From the human T2T-CHM13v2.0 reference genome, Homo sapiens, in assembly GCF_009914755.1 (NCBI RefSeq), contig NC_060936.1: a stretch of DNA of 64,000 nt; one strand, given 5' to 3'. The translations under genes were made by a program, and so were the position numbers. This document shows positions 45,421-59,800 of this stretch, one piece after another. Numbering within the stretch: position 1 is the first letter of the stretch; each line of letters begins with the position of its first letter. The notes below the pieces were generated by a model. The model was not told where the DNA came from. It did no database searches and saw only the letters and a program-made list of their open reading frames with translations.

Positions 45421-47541
45421 GCAGTCCTGCCTCTGAAACATACTGACAGCTCCTATAAAGGGGGAAAAACTCATATCCACAGCCATTTGCCCACACCTTG
45501 GTACAGATGATGGAAACTAAACAGCAGGACCCCTTAATACACTCTACTCGGACAATGAGCTCCTGCCAGAGCATGGACTTACTTGAACCCTCCCCCATTC
45601 CCTTCAAGCAGGTGGCAGCGGCTCCCATGGATAGCTCAGGAGGGTGGGAAGGTGAAGGGGGCTTCTCAGACCAGGCTTTGACTCTGGGCTTGATTTTCCC
45701 CACCTCGGCCTCTTTGCTGAGCTCTACACAAGGTGAGCCCATAGTTTCCTGGGTCTTCACAGGAACCTCATACTCCCTTCCTGCCCCAGGAGGCCTCTCC
45801 TCCTGCTCTGCCTCTCTCAGCTCCCTGTTCCCAAACTCCACTACTGCCTAAGCGAGGAGCCTGATACCCTACATTCCTCATTCTCCCACATCCAGCCAGC
45901 CACCAAGTCGGCTTGATTCAACCAGTGAAGCATCTCTTGCATCTCTCTGTTATGCCCCATCCCCACTGCAACTGTTCTAGCCCAATAATGGTCTCTTCCA
46001 GTATTTACTATTTGCAGAATACTATGTTAGTCACTTTATATACATCTTTTTATCCTCAGAACAATTCCTATTTGCGAGTGAGGAAACTGAGTCACAGGGA
46101 GACGAAGTAACTTTCCCAAGGTCACACAGTTAATAAGTAGTACAGCCAGACTCAGGCAGTCTAACTGCAGAGTCCATATTCCTAAACACCATTGTGCACT
46201 GCTACCTCCTGCCCCGATTGCTACTCTCAACCTTGCCTCGCTCAGTCCTTACTATGCAATGCCACAAGAATATTCAAGGAATCTTGAATTCATTCAACAA
46301 CATTTACTGTAGGTGCCGGGGAACTTTGCTGTAAACTGGAGAGCTCAAACTGAGCAGCAGACACTGTCCCAAATCTTCAGGGCCCCAGAGCCTATTGGAA
46401 TTATCTTTTATCTCCCTAATACAATAATCTGATTGGCTCTCCCTCCCCAGCACAGTGTCTGGCATGAAGCTGATGCTTAATGATTACGGGTGGAAATGAA
46501 ATGAACAGGAACAGTGGGCAGTCAGCTGGTGCCTGCTATGGGCCTGTAGCCTCAGCAGGGTGGAAGGCCCAGTTCAATTTCAAGGCCTTTCATGCCATCT
46601 CTCCCTCCTTCCTGGCTGCCTTCTTGTCTCCTACTCATGTCTTCTCTATCCTGTGCTGTCAGCTTTGTTCACAAGGCTCAGCCGTGACATTTGAGGGTGA
46701 TTGGTGGGATGGAGAGAGGGAGGATGGAGGAAAATTTCACTAATAGGCCTCCCATGGGACTGCAGCAAATGGCCAGCTTGGAGGCCAGCTGGGAGATAAA
46801 GCTGTAGGGGATATAAGGGCTGTGCCAGGACCTTGGCCTGTGGCTGAGCCTCCCACAATACCCCTAGGAGTCGACCTTGCCTGTGGTTGGTCAACAGTGG
46901 GAAGAGATTGAGCAGAGAGGCAGGTATCCTCCTCTGGACTCTACCTCCTGGCTCTGCATGGTTTAAGGCCCTCTGACTCTTGCCCCCGCTCCATCCCCCA
47001 AGGGCAGTTCCAGTTCAGCTCCTCCATCTCCTCCCTTGCCCATTCCTGGGGTGGGGGGCAGCGGCAGGGAGCTGGAGCCTTAATGGGCCCCAAGCCAAAC
47101 CTTCCTAGGACTAACAGGTCACAACCAGTCACTCATGAGCCACTTATGACAGTGATGGGAGGGAGAGGAGGGATGGGCTCCTGCCTCCTGTAGGAGGCCA
47201 ATGTGGGCAAGCTGGGGCTCACAGTCAGGGCTGGGAGCTGCAGGAAGTTGCAGAGGTGAAAGCAGGAACCCCACACTCTCCTGGAGGCACATTCCTCTGG
47301 CTGGTGCTCAAGCTAGCCATGCATGGCGGAGATGAGGAAACAGTCGCTGAACAGACCTGAGGTGGTGATGCTGGGCTGGAGGGTAGGGACAGGGTGAGAG
47401 AAGCCAGAAGAGCAGGCGAAGACGGGCAGGGCTGGAGAGGTCCCTAGAAGGGAGGGAAGCAGCCTGCCTCCCGGCAAGTTTACTGTTACAGGAATGTATA
47501 GAAACGAGTAACTGCTTTCTCCCCCAACTTCTGCTTCTCAA

Positions 47542-47582
47542 GGAGAGAGAGAGCGTGTGTGTGTATGTGTGTGTGTGTGTGT
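47542..47582. repeat. (GA)n(GT)n microsatellite
   Basis: Directly visible. Confidence 0.9.
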
Positions 47583-48203
47583 CTTGTGTGGGTCCCAGGA
47601 GACACTGCATCTGACCTTGAGTGATCAGTGTTCTGCAATGGCTGCCCCATTCCAGTTGTGGCCACTTTCCCTAAGAGTCACTTTTCTCCTCACCCCTGTA
47701 TTCTGTTCTGAGGCTGAACACCCACACTACCTACTACCTCCCACCACTCCCCTCTTTGCAACTTTCCCCACCTTCCCAAAACCTTTGTCTTAAGTGCTCC
47801 CATCTTCCAACTCATCCCAGGCCCAGGCCTCTGTTCAGGACTCAAACCCTGTGCCCACTTTGTCCTTTTGTTTCAGAGTCTTGGTAGGGGCGACTGCAGG
47901 AGCCTGAAAGAGGGGTCCTAGCAGGGCCCTGTTCCCTGCTTAGGAGATGCCCAGTTCTGTCTCTCAGACCTGGTCAGTCAGGCTGGATCCAGAGCACTGG
48001 CTGGGGCAGGGGGAGGATGTGGGTAACCAGGAAAGCAGGCTAGGGCTAAGGTCCCCTTCCCAGCATCAGAGCAGAGCCATCCCACCCCCAAATCCCACTC
48101 TGGAAGTACTGGGGTCAGAGAAGAAACCGAATAGGCCAAAGTTTTCCTGGCATCAGATCTACTGCCCATTTCCTCCCTTCAGAAAGAACTTGGTAAGAAA
48201 TTA

Positions 48204-48944
<741 letters not shown>

Positions 48945-50754
48945 TCAGCTGAGGGTGCCTGCTGGGCCCTGGGGGCCAGGCAAAGTGGCAGCTTCTGGCC
49001 TGTCACTGCCCCTGAGTCTGGCTCTGCACCCACCTCAGGGCCTGGCCTGTGTCAGACTTCCCCTGCAGGGCATCATTTCTCTGCCACATGCCTGGCACTC
49101 ACCACACTGAAATCAAAGCATTGCATAAGTATTGCATGCTGCCTCCTCCAGGAGAATGTTAGCTGCCGGAGGGTGAGAGCCGCTCTGCTGTACTCAAAAA
49201 TGCGTGCCTTGCGTGGTCAGTGCCTTATACAGAGAAGACCCTCAGGAGAGGTTTCCTGCATTAATAGTAACCAAGTTTCTCCCCCTCCTGCCATGGCTTT
49301 TTCTCACCTCCCTCTTAGCTTCCCAAGATCTGTCTTTCCCTCCTGGGGCCTGTCCACCCAGTTCTTGACCAATTGCCATTCCTCCCGCTGTCTTACTCCA
49401 TCTCTTGTCCAACCCTTCCTCTTCCAAGAAGTATCATGAGATGTGGCCACTCAAGTCTCTCTAGGGTGCCATTCTTGGGGCCCCTGCTCTGGACTAAGCA
49501 CAGGTAAGAGCCTTATTTCTAGTCTTTTCCTTCACCCAGTGCCCATTCAGCTGGACTAGAGGGGGACCCACGTGCACTGATGAAGGCTCCATGGTGACTT
49601 TCTCATTCAGTAAAGCCAGTTCTCAAACTCAGATCTGAAGGGCAAATATTGATGAACCCCTCTGCCAGGCTTTTCCCTTGGGGAAGAGCTAATGCCCTCC
49701 CCTCCTGCCCTCAAGCCTTATTATTCTCTCACTCCTCACAGTGCTGCAACCTGCCCTTCTCCTGCCCCTGGCAGCTTCCAAGGAGTCAAGGAAGTCAGTC
49801 AGCCCCATTTGTCCCCAGGCCCAAGTCCCTGTGGAGGTGAATTGCAGGCTTTATCCACCCCACCCTCCCCATCCAGCAACAGCTCCCTCAGTAAAAGGTG
49901 AAAGAGAATCAGATCAGGTATCTGTGATTGGGGGTTCAGGTTAGGAGATGGAGATCGCTAGAGAACACCAAGATAGGGAGGCAGGCCTGGGCCCTAGCTC
50001 CTTCATGCTGCTCTCCCCAGGCAGCTGCACCTGTGATCCCCCTCCCCTCCCCCTGACCCCCCAGGCCACCTGCCTCTGATGCTTTCTTAGCTCCTGAGTT
50101 CAAAGACCTGCTGTTTCCACTCAACATCTTCTCACTTGCCATCCTGCCCTCTGCAGAGACCTCTAGGCTGTCAGTGGGCAGGCAGAGGAAATGGGGTCTC
50201 AGCAAGAAGCCAGACTCTGAGCAGTTTCACTCTAGCCCTGAGAATTGAGGTGAACCCCTTCTAAAGGGGCAGAAGGCAGCCCTAGCCCTGGGGAGCTGCA
50301 TTCTGGGTCCAAGGTAGCCCTTAGAGTTGAGTCCTCCCTGCAACCTCCTAGAATGCATGGTGATGGGGCCAGCTCCTCCTTGCAGCCAGCCACCTGCTGC
50401 TGCTGTCTAGGACAGCCCTTTCTGCTCTGTGGTCTACAAGCCTGACCTCAGGAGGAAGGCGAAGCTGCAGGAGGGGGGCCTGGGTGGGGTAGAATGGGGA
50501 GAGGGAAGGAATCTACCTCTGTGTCAGGCACAGCCTCGGGTTGCCACAGCCAGGGTCCTCAGCTGTGAACTCCACAAGGGCTGGGGTGGGGGGGTGGAGG
50601 GGCGGCAAGGGGACCACATAAGGTCTAGGGAGAATCCTGTGGAACTCACTACCTAGGTACACAAGCTACCAGTCCAACCTGCAAAGCTGTCTGTTCAGGC
50701 ACAAGGTTGGGGAAGGCTGCCCCCTAGAGCCAGGGTCAAAGAATTATTTATGGA

Positions 50755-51930
<1,176 letters not shown>

Positions 51931-52269
51931 AAAGACATGCCCCAGGGACATCAGAGGTCTCTCTGCATGGGGATTAACAGGAGAGGAGGAAGCCCTGACA
52001 TGTCCAATAAACTCAATCATCTGGAAGATAGCTCAGTAGGTGTATCCTTGACCCAGCATTGTGGGAGAAGATATGTCTGGAATGTGTATATCTGCGGGGA
52101 GTGAGAAAGGAATGTCAGCAGTCAGGATGTCTGCAGATGGGGAATTAGAAATCTGTCTTAGTGTTGGTGGGACCCAGTTCAAAAGAGACTTCAGAAGGAT
52201 TGATGGTTTAGACGGGTAATCTATATAGGACCTGTTTAGATGAACTTCAGTGGAATGAGGGATGATGTA

Positions 52270-52640
52270 TTAGGATAATAAGGTTAGCTGTAACAAGCAA
52301 CTGAGCTGTAACAAAGCCACTGACACTTCTCACTCATATTCTATAGTCCAGTGAGGGTCTAGGGGACAGGGGTAGCTCTGCTCCATCCATTCATTCAAGC
52401 CTAGGTTCTTTCCATTATGTGGTACATATGGCCTCTAAAATTGTCACAGAATGGGAAGAGGGAATGCAGGTTGTATGGAAGATTTTTAAATGAGCCCAGC
52501 CTAGAAATGGCGCACATTGCTTCTGCCTTCATTCCATTGTTCAGAACCTGATCCCATGGCATCCGTTTGACTGCAAGGAAGCTGGGAAGTGTAGTTCAAA
52601 TTTGGGAGGTACTGTGCCCAGAAAGAGACACACAAATGTT
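52270..52640 (-). mobile_element. Old MLT1-type MaLR LTR fragment
   Basis: CATTCCATTG...ACTGCAAGGAAGCTGGGAAGTGTAGT. Confidence 0.5.
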
Positions 52641-53177
52641 GGTGTGTGTTGTGGAGCACTAGTAGTTTCTGGCGCAGGCAGGGAGAATGGCTGTGCATCT
52701 TGTAGGGGTCGTAGTAGTGTCTGTCCTGGGCTGGGTTGGGAGTGTACTCTCTGAGAATACCTTGGAAGGAAGCTGATATGAGAAGATGTGTATGAGTGGT
52801 GCACACCCATGTGCTTTATGGCTCAACAATCATTCCATTCTTTCCCATTCTCAAGGTCTTTCACTGGATAAGATCTTAATTCTCTCACACCTTACCACTG
52901 AAATAACCTTGTGAATGCTTTATCCTCTACAATTTTCCCCCATCAAATCTAACTGGATATTATAGTCTAACTAATCTTCCTAAGACTTGGCGTATGTCAT
53001 GCAATCCCTGTTCAATAAAAACAATAACAATTTCAACAGCAGCAGCAATAATTTGTTGAATTACTGTGTTGAGCACTTTGAGTGTATTATCTCAATATAT
53101 CTCGATCTTTGTAACAAGCCTGTGATGTTTCATCATCATTCCCTGTGTACAGATGGAGGGACAGGAGTCCTGGGTCT

Positions 53178-53440
53178 AGCTGTGCTAACACAGTAGCCAC
53201 TAGTCATGTGCAGCTACTTAAATTAATTAAATTAAATTTAAATTAATTTAAATTAAATACACTAAACTTAAATACATTAAATTTAAATTAATTTAAATTA
53301 AATACAATTAAAAATTCAGTTCTTCAGTCACACTAGTCACATATCAAGTATTCAATAGCCACCTGTGATTAGTGGCCACCATTATGGAGGGTGCAGATAT
53401 GGAATATTTTCTTCCAGGCAGAAAGTCAATTGGATTGGAC
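53178..53440 (-). mobile_element. MER3/MER33-like hAT element with expanded AT-rich core
   Basis: GTAGCCACTAGTCATGTG...AAAATTCAGTTCTTCAGTCACACTAG...GCAGAAAG...TTGGACA. Confidence 0.75.
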
Positions 53441-54805
53441 ATCTGTGAGTTAGGGGCACTTGCCCAGGGTCACAGCAAATGGTGAAGCTAGGCCTCTGAC
53501 CCCACCTGAGTCTAATGCTCTGCAATAGCTCTTCATTGTTTCCACAATTTAAAAAATGTTTAAGCCTGGCCTTAGCCTTGTACAACCTGGTCTAGTACTA
53601 CTGTTACATAATTATTTCTCTTTCTTTTCTTGCGCAATCTCACTTTCCAGCACAGCAAGCTTGCTCACTGCTCTCCCATACTCCTAATATGTCCACTCAT
53701 AATATTTTTGCTCTCCTCCTTCTGTCTGCTCAGCTAATGAATTCTCCCCTGACCTTTAGGTTCAGATAGCTGAAATAGCTCTTGAAGCAGTTTCGTCTCT
53801 TCCATTCTCTCTGCTTCTGCCTGGACCAGCTCTGAAGCCCCTCATCCTCTCTTGCCATGGCAGCCTTCTGCTGCTACTAATTCTACTTCCTGACATTTAT
53901 TGAGTATCTACCATGTGCTAGGCACTCTTCCAGGCACTCCTCATCACAACACTTTGAAGTAGGTGTTACTGCAGTCTCCATTTTAAAGACCTGGTAATTA
54001 AAGCACTGTGGGGTGAAATTTGTCCAACTCATCTCTCTGCTTCTAGTGTTTCACAGGCAGTTCGCCTTCACTCTATTACTCTGGCCATAGTTCTAAAACA
54101 CAGAATTGTGAGTTTTCTCCCCCAGCCCCAAGGGGAGGGGGACAGCCTTCTTAACAGAGCATGCAAGGCCCTTTATGTTCAGAACCTTTCTAATCTCCAA
54201 ACCCGCTACTCTACCTTCAAACTTGACATTCCAGCCACAAACGACTTACAGTTTCCCAAAGCGGCCGCTTTATTTCTTCCCTCTGCGCCATCACACGTGC
54301 GGTTCCCACTGCCTGGAGTACTGTCCATCCTGGCCAGCTCTGAAGCCATCCATGGAAATGCACTCCGCACCACGGGGCTTGCTCCCTCCTCCACAGGACC
54401 AGCACTCACTCTCCACCGGCAGCTCCTAAAGGAGGGCTGCTGCTGAGCTCACAGCCTTGACATCACTTCTCATTAAAATACACACTCCAAGATTCAAAAT
54501 TTAATAGGCAGGGGTGGGGCTGGGTTTATTTTTTTATTTTTAAAGAAGCTCCCAGATTATTCTAGAGTGAGGCAAATGTGCTTAACACTGGTTTACATCC
54601 CTTGTTTGGCAGTTAAGCACACCCTGTCTAGATTCCTTGTGTATAATTGCTTTTGTTTTTATTTTATTCTTACCTTCATTCACTCACACTCACCTATTCA
54701 ACAAACATTTATTAAGGGGTCATTATATGCCAGACATGCTTTTAGATGTTGATGTGAACAAAACTGGCACTGTCCCTGCTCATGAAGTTTATGTTCCAGA
54801 GGGGG

Positions 54806-55535
<730 letters not shown>

Positions 55536-55781
55536 AAGGGGTATTGGTTATGTTTTGTGCAGGTATATGATGGGCCTCCCCATGTGGATCCTTAGTGCTG
55601 TGGCAGAGCCCTTGTTATTGTGCTGGGATTTTCCCTCCAGCTCCCGGCCGGAAGCTGGGCTCACGTGGGAGCTCAGTGCCCTCCTGCTACAGATCTGTCT
55701 CTTCCTTACAATGGTATGATCCCGAGGGTCAGGGTGAGGGGTTTGGGAGGATAAGGCTTGTGCTGATAAAAGGAAAGGTGA

Positions 55782-56080
55782 GGTCCGTTGCAGTGGCTCA
55801 AGCCTGTAATTCCAGCGCTTTGGGAGGCCGAGGTGGGAAGACAGCTTGAGGCCAGGAGTTGGGGACCAGCCTGGGCAATATAGCGAGACCCTATCTCTAC
55901 AAAAAATAAATAACAAAAAATACTAGCCAGGCGTGGTGGCACACACCTGTAGTCCTGGCTGCTTGGAAGGCTGAGGTGAGAGCATTGCTTGAATCCAGGT
56001 GTTGGAGGATGCGGAGCTATGATGGCGCCACTGTACTCCTGCCCGGGCAACAGAGTGAGACTCTGTTTAAAAAAAAAAAA
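55782..56080 (+). mobile_element. Alu (J-type)
   Basis: GCTTGAGGCCAGGAGTT...GGGCAATATAGCGAGACC. Confidence 0.9.
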
Positions 56081-56697
56081 GTAGGGATTTGTGGGGAGCT
56101 GTGCGTGAGGATAGAATGTATAGAATGTTTGCAGTCAGAAGGTGATGGTCGCAGGGGTTCCCAGACTTTAGTGTGTGGAGAAATCCTCTGCGATATGGTG
56201 GGAGGGAACCTGGTTGATAGAAGGACGGGCGGAAGGAATTCTATTCACAGCGTACTCTAATATTTCTTAAGTTTTACCTATTAATTTTTAACAAGAAATT
56301 TTAATTTTAATTTTAAACGAAAATACGCATCGTACTCAGAGGTAAAGATTTTTAATCCTCGCGGTTCGCTCGTATAAAGGCATATTTCCGGTCCCTTCCA
56401 AGGTCCAACAATCCGGACACGGCGGGTCTGGGGATGGGCCCAGGAATCCGCCTTTTTAGCAGCATTCCCCCAAACGACACGGCAGCTTCGCAAAGCGGCG
56501 GTGGCGTCTGCGGTTCCGGGCGCGGGCGGCCTCCGGCCGGGGAGGGCGCTGTGCGGGCGGCGCTGGGGGCGGGCCGGGGGCGGAGCGCGGGGCGCCGGCT
56601 GCTCTGGCGGCTCCCGCGGCTCCGGCTGGCGGCTTCGGGCCCTGCACCTGTGACTCTCGGCCGCGCTCGCCCTCGGCCCGCCCGGCGCCGCAGCCCC

Positions 56698-56833
56698 ATG
56701 GCCCCGTCCAGGCTGCAGCTCGGCCTCCGCGCCGCCTACTCCGGCATCAGCTCCGTGGCCGGCTTCTCCATCTTCCTCGTCTGGACGGTGGTCTACCGAC
56801 AGCCGGGGACCGCGGCCATGGGAGGGCTCGCAG
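56698..56833 (+). CDS. SLC48A1: SLC48A1 coding exon 1
   Basis: [46 protein letters not shown]|GTACCC. Confidence 0.95.
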
Positions 56834-59800
56834 GTACCCCGGGACGCTGGGCGGCGCGGGGCGGGTGCGCGGCTGCGGGGCGGGCGCCGTCAGCTGCTCC
56901 AGGACGCTCCCCGCGAGCGGCGCTTCCCCGCGGAGCGGGTGGAGTGTTTACTCGAAAACAGCGGTTGGCGGCGGCAGGCCCCACGCGGGCCCGGGCTCCT
57001 GGGCATTCCTGGGTGCCTCTGAGACCCGATGCCCGCCCGGGCGCCACCTGGGGGTGCCGACGGCCCGCCACTGCCGGCTGCACAGACCTGCCGCGCCGCC
57101 CGGGTTATCTGTCACGGCACACTGCCTGTCGCCCTCCGCCCAGTTGCCCCACGACAGTGTCCCCTCCGCGCGCCCGCGGCGCTGGTCGCCTCCTATCCCC
57201 AAACACACACACACACACACACGCACACACACACGGTTGTTCTGAGGGATCCCCTGCCCCCCAGGCGCCCCTTCCCTGGGTGCTGGGTGAGGGCAGAGAG
57301 GGAAGAAGTGGGAAAGGAAGAGGGCTAGGGGTGGCTGGGGAAGCCCATCTCCCTCCTTCCAGAGGGCTCCCCCGCAGAGCCCTCTGCTGAGACCCACAGG
57401 GAGGACGGCGTTAGGGATCTCATAGAAACTGGACATTCTCTTTCCACCCATGTTGGTGCCTTTTTGCTACCCGTCTGCTGTGGCTCCTCAGCCAAGCTCT
57501 GCCAAATCCTGCAGGCCAGCCGCCCTTTCTGTGCTTCTGGGAGGGAAGGGGAAGCATCGGTGCGCTGATGGGGGCTCTGGGCTGACCAGTGCTCCTTGTT
57601 GTGCACATTTGGGCTCGCAGTTTAACCTCTCTGCGCCATAGAATTGGTATGAAGATGAAAAATATTATCTCTACTTTCTAACATTTTAAAAAATGCTTTC
57701 TATGTGTCAGGCACTATGTTAAGCAACCTGCTTCCCTTATTTCATTTAATCCTTACATTAGTCTCATGAAGTAGGCCTTACGATTATGTCCATTTTACAG
57801 ATAAGGAAACTGAGGCCTGAAGTTAAATAAATTGCTTACCCGGGATTACACAGCTACATGAAATAATATGTGTGGGAAAGGACTTTGGGAAGAAAATACG
57901 TATAATACTTTTACATATGATGATTATATTCCATTACTAAAATCCTCGGCCAAAAGAACCCTAAATGGAATAACTAAAAATAACTAATTTACTCACTGCC
58001 ACAGGGAGTGCTGAGTGCCATCCCTGGGTAGAGTCGCAGCATGAGGTGGGGTTAATGCCTTAGAAGAGGGGCATACAGGGCCCCACCCTACACAATGCCA
58101 ACAAAGCACTGGGTCACCAAGAAGGGGGGATGGGCACCCTGGCTAGGGTGTTCTCTGCCTGCCCAGCTGCCTCACCACCTGTGGGATCCTGAGGACAACT
58201 GGCCCATCTCTGCGCGTTATCTACAGAGCCCTAGTTCCTTTCCCCACTGCACCCCGCCACCCTCCATGTTTGTCAAGGTTCACTTCTCCCTGCCACTTTT
58301 TTGTTTCCTATTGGCCCTGTTGCTTTCCCCTCTGGAAGGCGGCGTCAGAGCCCTATGATTGCATTGCGAAGACCGAAGGCAAGAGAAGGATGAGCAGGGA
58401 GGGCCAGCCTGGGATCTCAGCTGGTTGTGTTGAGTCTGGCCTGGTACAAGTGGAGGTGAACCCTACCTGGCCGTTTGACCCTATCCTGGGCCACAGTTTC
58501 CTCATCTATTAGGAGTGGGAGGAGATGTCCCCAAAAGACATCTGACTTCCCTCCAGATCTGAAATCTTGCAGTGCTGCCCACTCCCTGAGTCTCCAGCTG
58601 CCTCCTAGAGGGCTGTGGAAAAGGCCTTCTTTCTTATACTCTAGGGAGTTGCCTGGGGTTTTCTTCCGACCCAACTCTGCCCTCTCTCCCTCCCCACAGG
58701 CTTCCCTTGGCCTATGAGGCAGGCCAGCTGTGGAGCTGCCTTCAGAGAGAGGCGCTAGGGCAGCAGCTCGCTAGGGCAGCAGCTCGCTAGGGCAGCAGCC
58801 AGCTGGAGTAGGGTCCTGGTATCTCCCTGATGGTCTGATCTTTGACAGTGGCTGTGGAAGAGCCAAAACTGCTTGGTAGTGGTGGTGGTGGATGGTGGCA
58901 GGGAGAGGGGTTGCCAAGCCTGGGCCTCCGACCTTCCCCACCATGAGTGAGTTCTCAGAGGGTCTGTGGCCAGTCAACCTTCTTCCTCTTTTGGGGGTAA
59001 AGTGTCAGCAGATTAACTAACGTGTGAGCACCCTACTTCTGACTCAGCGTTTTATAGCTCAGAATCTGCTGAGTCACCCAAGGGTAGCCCCAGCATGCTC
59101 CTTCTCCTGTGTTGGACCAGGCAAGGACTGATTGGATGTGCCAGTTTCTGGAGCAGAGTCATGGAGCCCCTGGGTCTGGTGGGCAGAGTGTTCACGGGTG
59201 GGGATACCCTCTCCCATCCTGATGGGTACCTTCGAAGAAGTGGCTTTGGAGAAAGGCAGTGGCAGAAGCAAGACTGGCTTTCCTGGGGAGGCGGGCAGGT
59301 GTGGGTTGGATCTACCTGGTCTGGCTTTGCTGTGGGAGTCCTGGGGGAAAACACAAACTCTTGCTCTGGGTTTAGTAGACCAAGGAAAGAGAAAAAGAAA
59401 AGTTGCTCCTGAAGTCTAAACAGCTCTATGTTTTTCCCAGGTGAGCTGTGAGCAAGAGCCCTGGGGCTCCAGGACTGTCTTCCTCCTAGGAAGGAATAGA
59501 GGGGCCTGACCTAGGCCCAGTGTCCTTCTTGTCTGCATTTACCCTGTGGGATCCCCCGGGTGTCTCCTGTCTCCTCACCTCCAGCCCAGCCACTGGGGAT
59601 GCTTTCACCGCCCTACCCTATGCCTTCCTTACCCTTAGCTTATCGGCTGTGAGCCAATAAGCTCACATGGCTAAGCAGGGGCTCTGCTCCTTGAAACAGG
59701 TAGGATGGAGCAACGGTGTGGTCTGGTGTGGGCTTGCAGCCAGGTGGGATTGGGGACCTGTCCATTCCACCCCGAGTTTTATAAACCAGGCTTCCTAGAG

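Larger units (their letters stand above)
56320..57270. promoter_or_regulatory. SLC48A1: CpG island / SLC48A1 promoter
   Basis: Very GC- and CpG-rich; tandem GC boxes at 56565-56583; ETS-like TTTCCGG near 56385; TATAAAG at 56373. Confidence 0.9.

Noticed and set aside
53217-53312. AT-only quasi-palindromic tract
   Set aside because: Explained as the expanded AT-rich interior of a MER3/MER33-like element.
56590-56697. Iron-responsive element in SLC48A1 UTRs
   Set aside because: No CAGUGN loop seen in the 5' leader or the visible part of the 3'UTR. The rest of the 3'UTR is outside the window.
56434-57390. 318-aa ORF as a standalone gene
   Set aside because: It is SLC48A1 exon 1 plus GC-rich leader and intron read-through including a (CA)n tract. 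Only the upstream in-frame part is kept, as a hypothesis.
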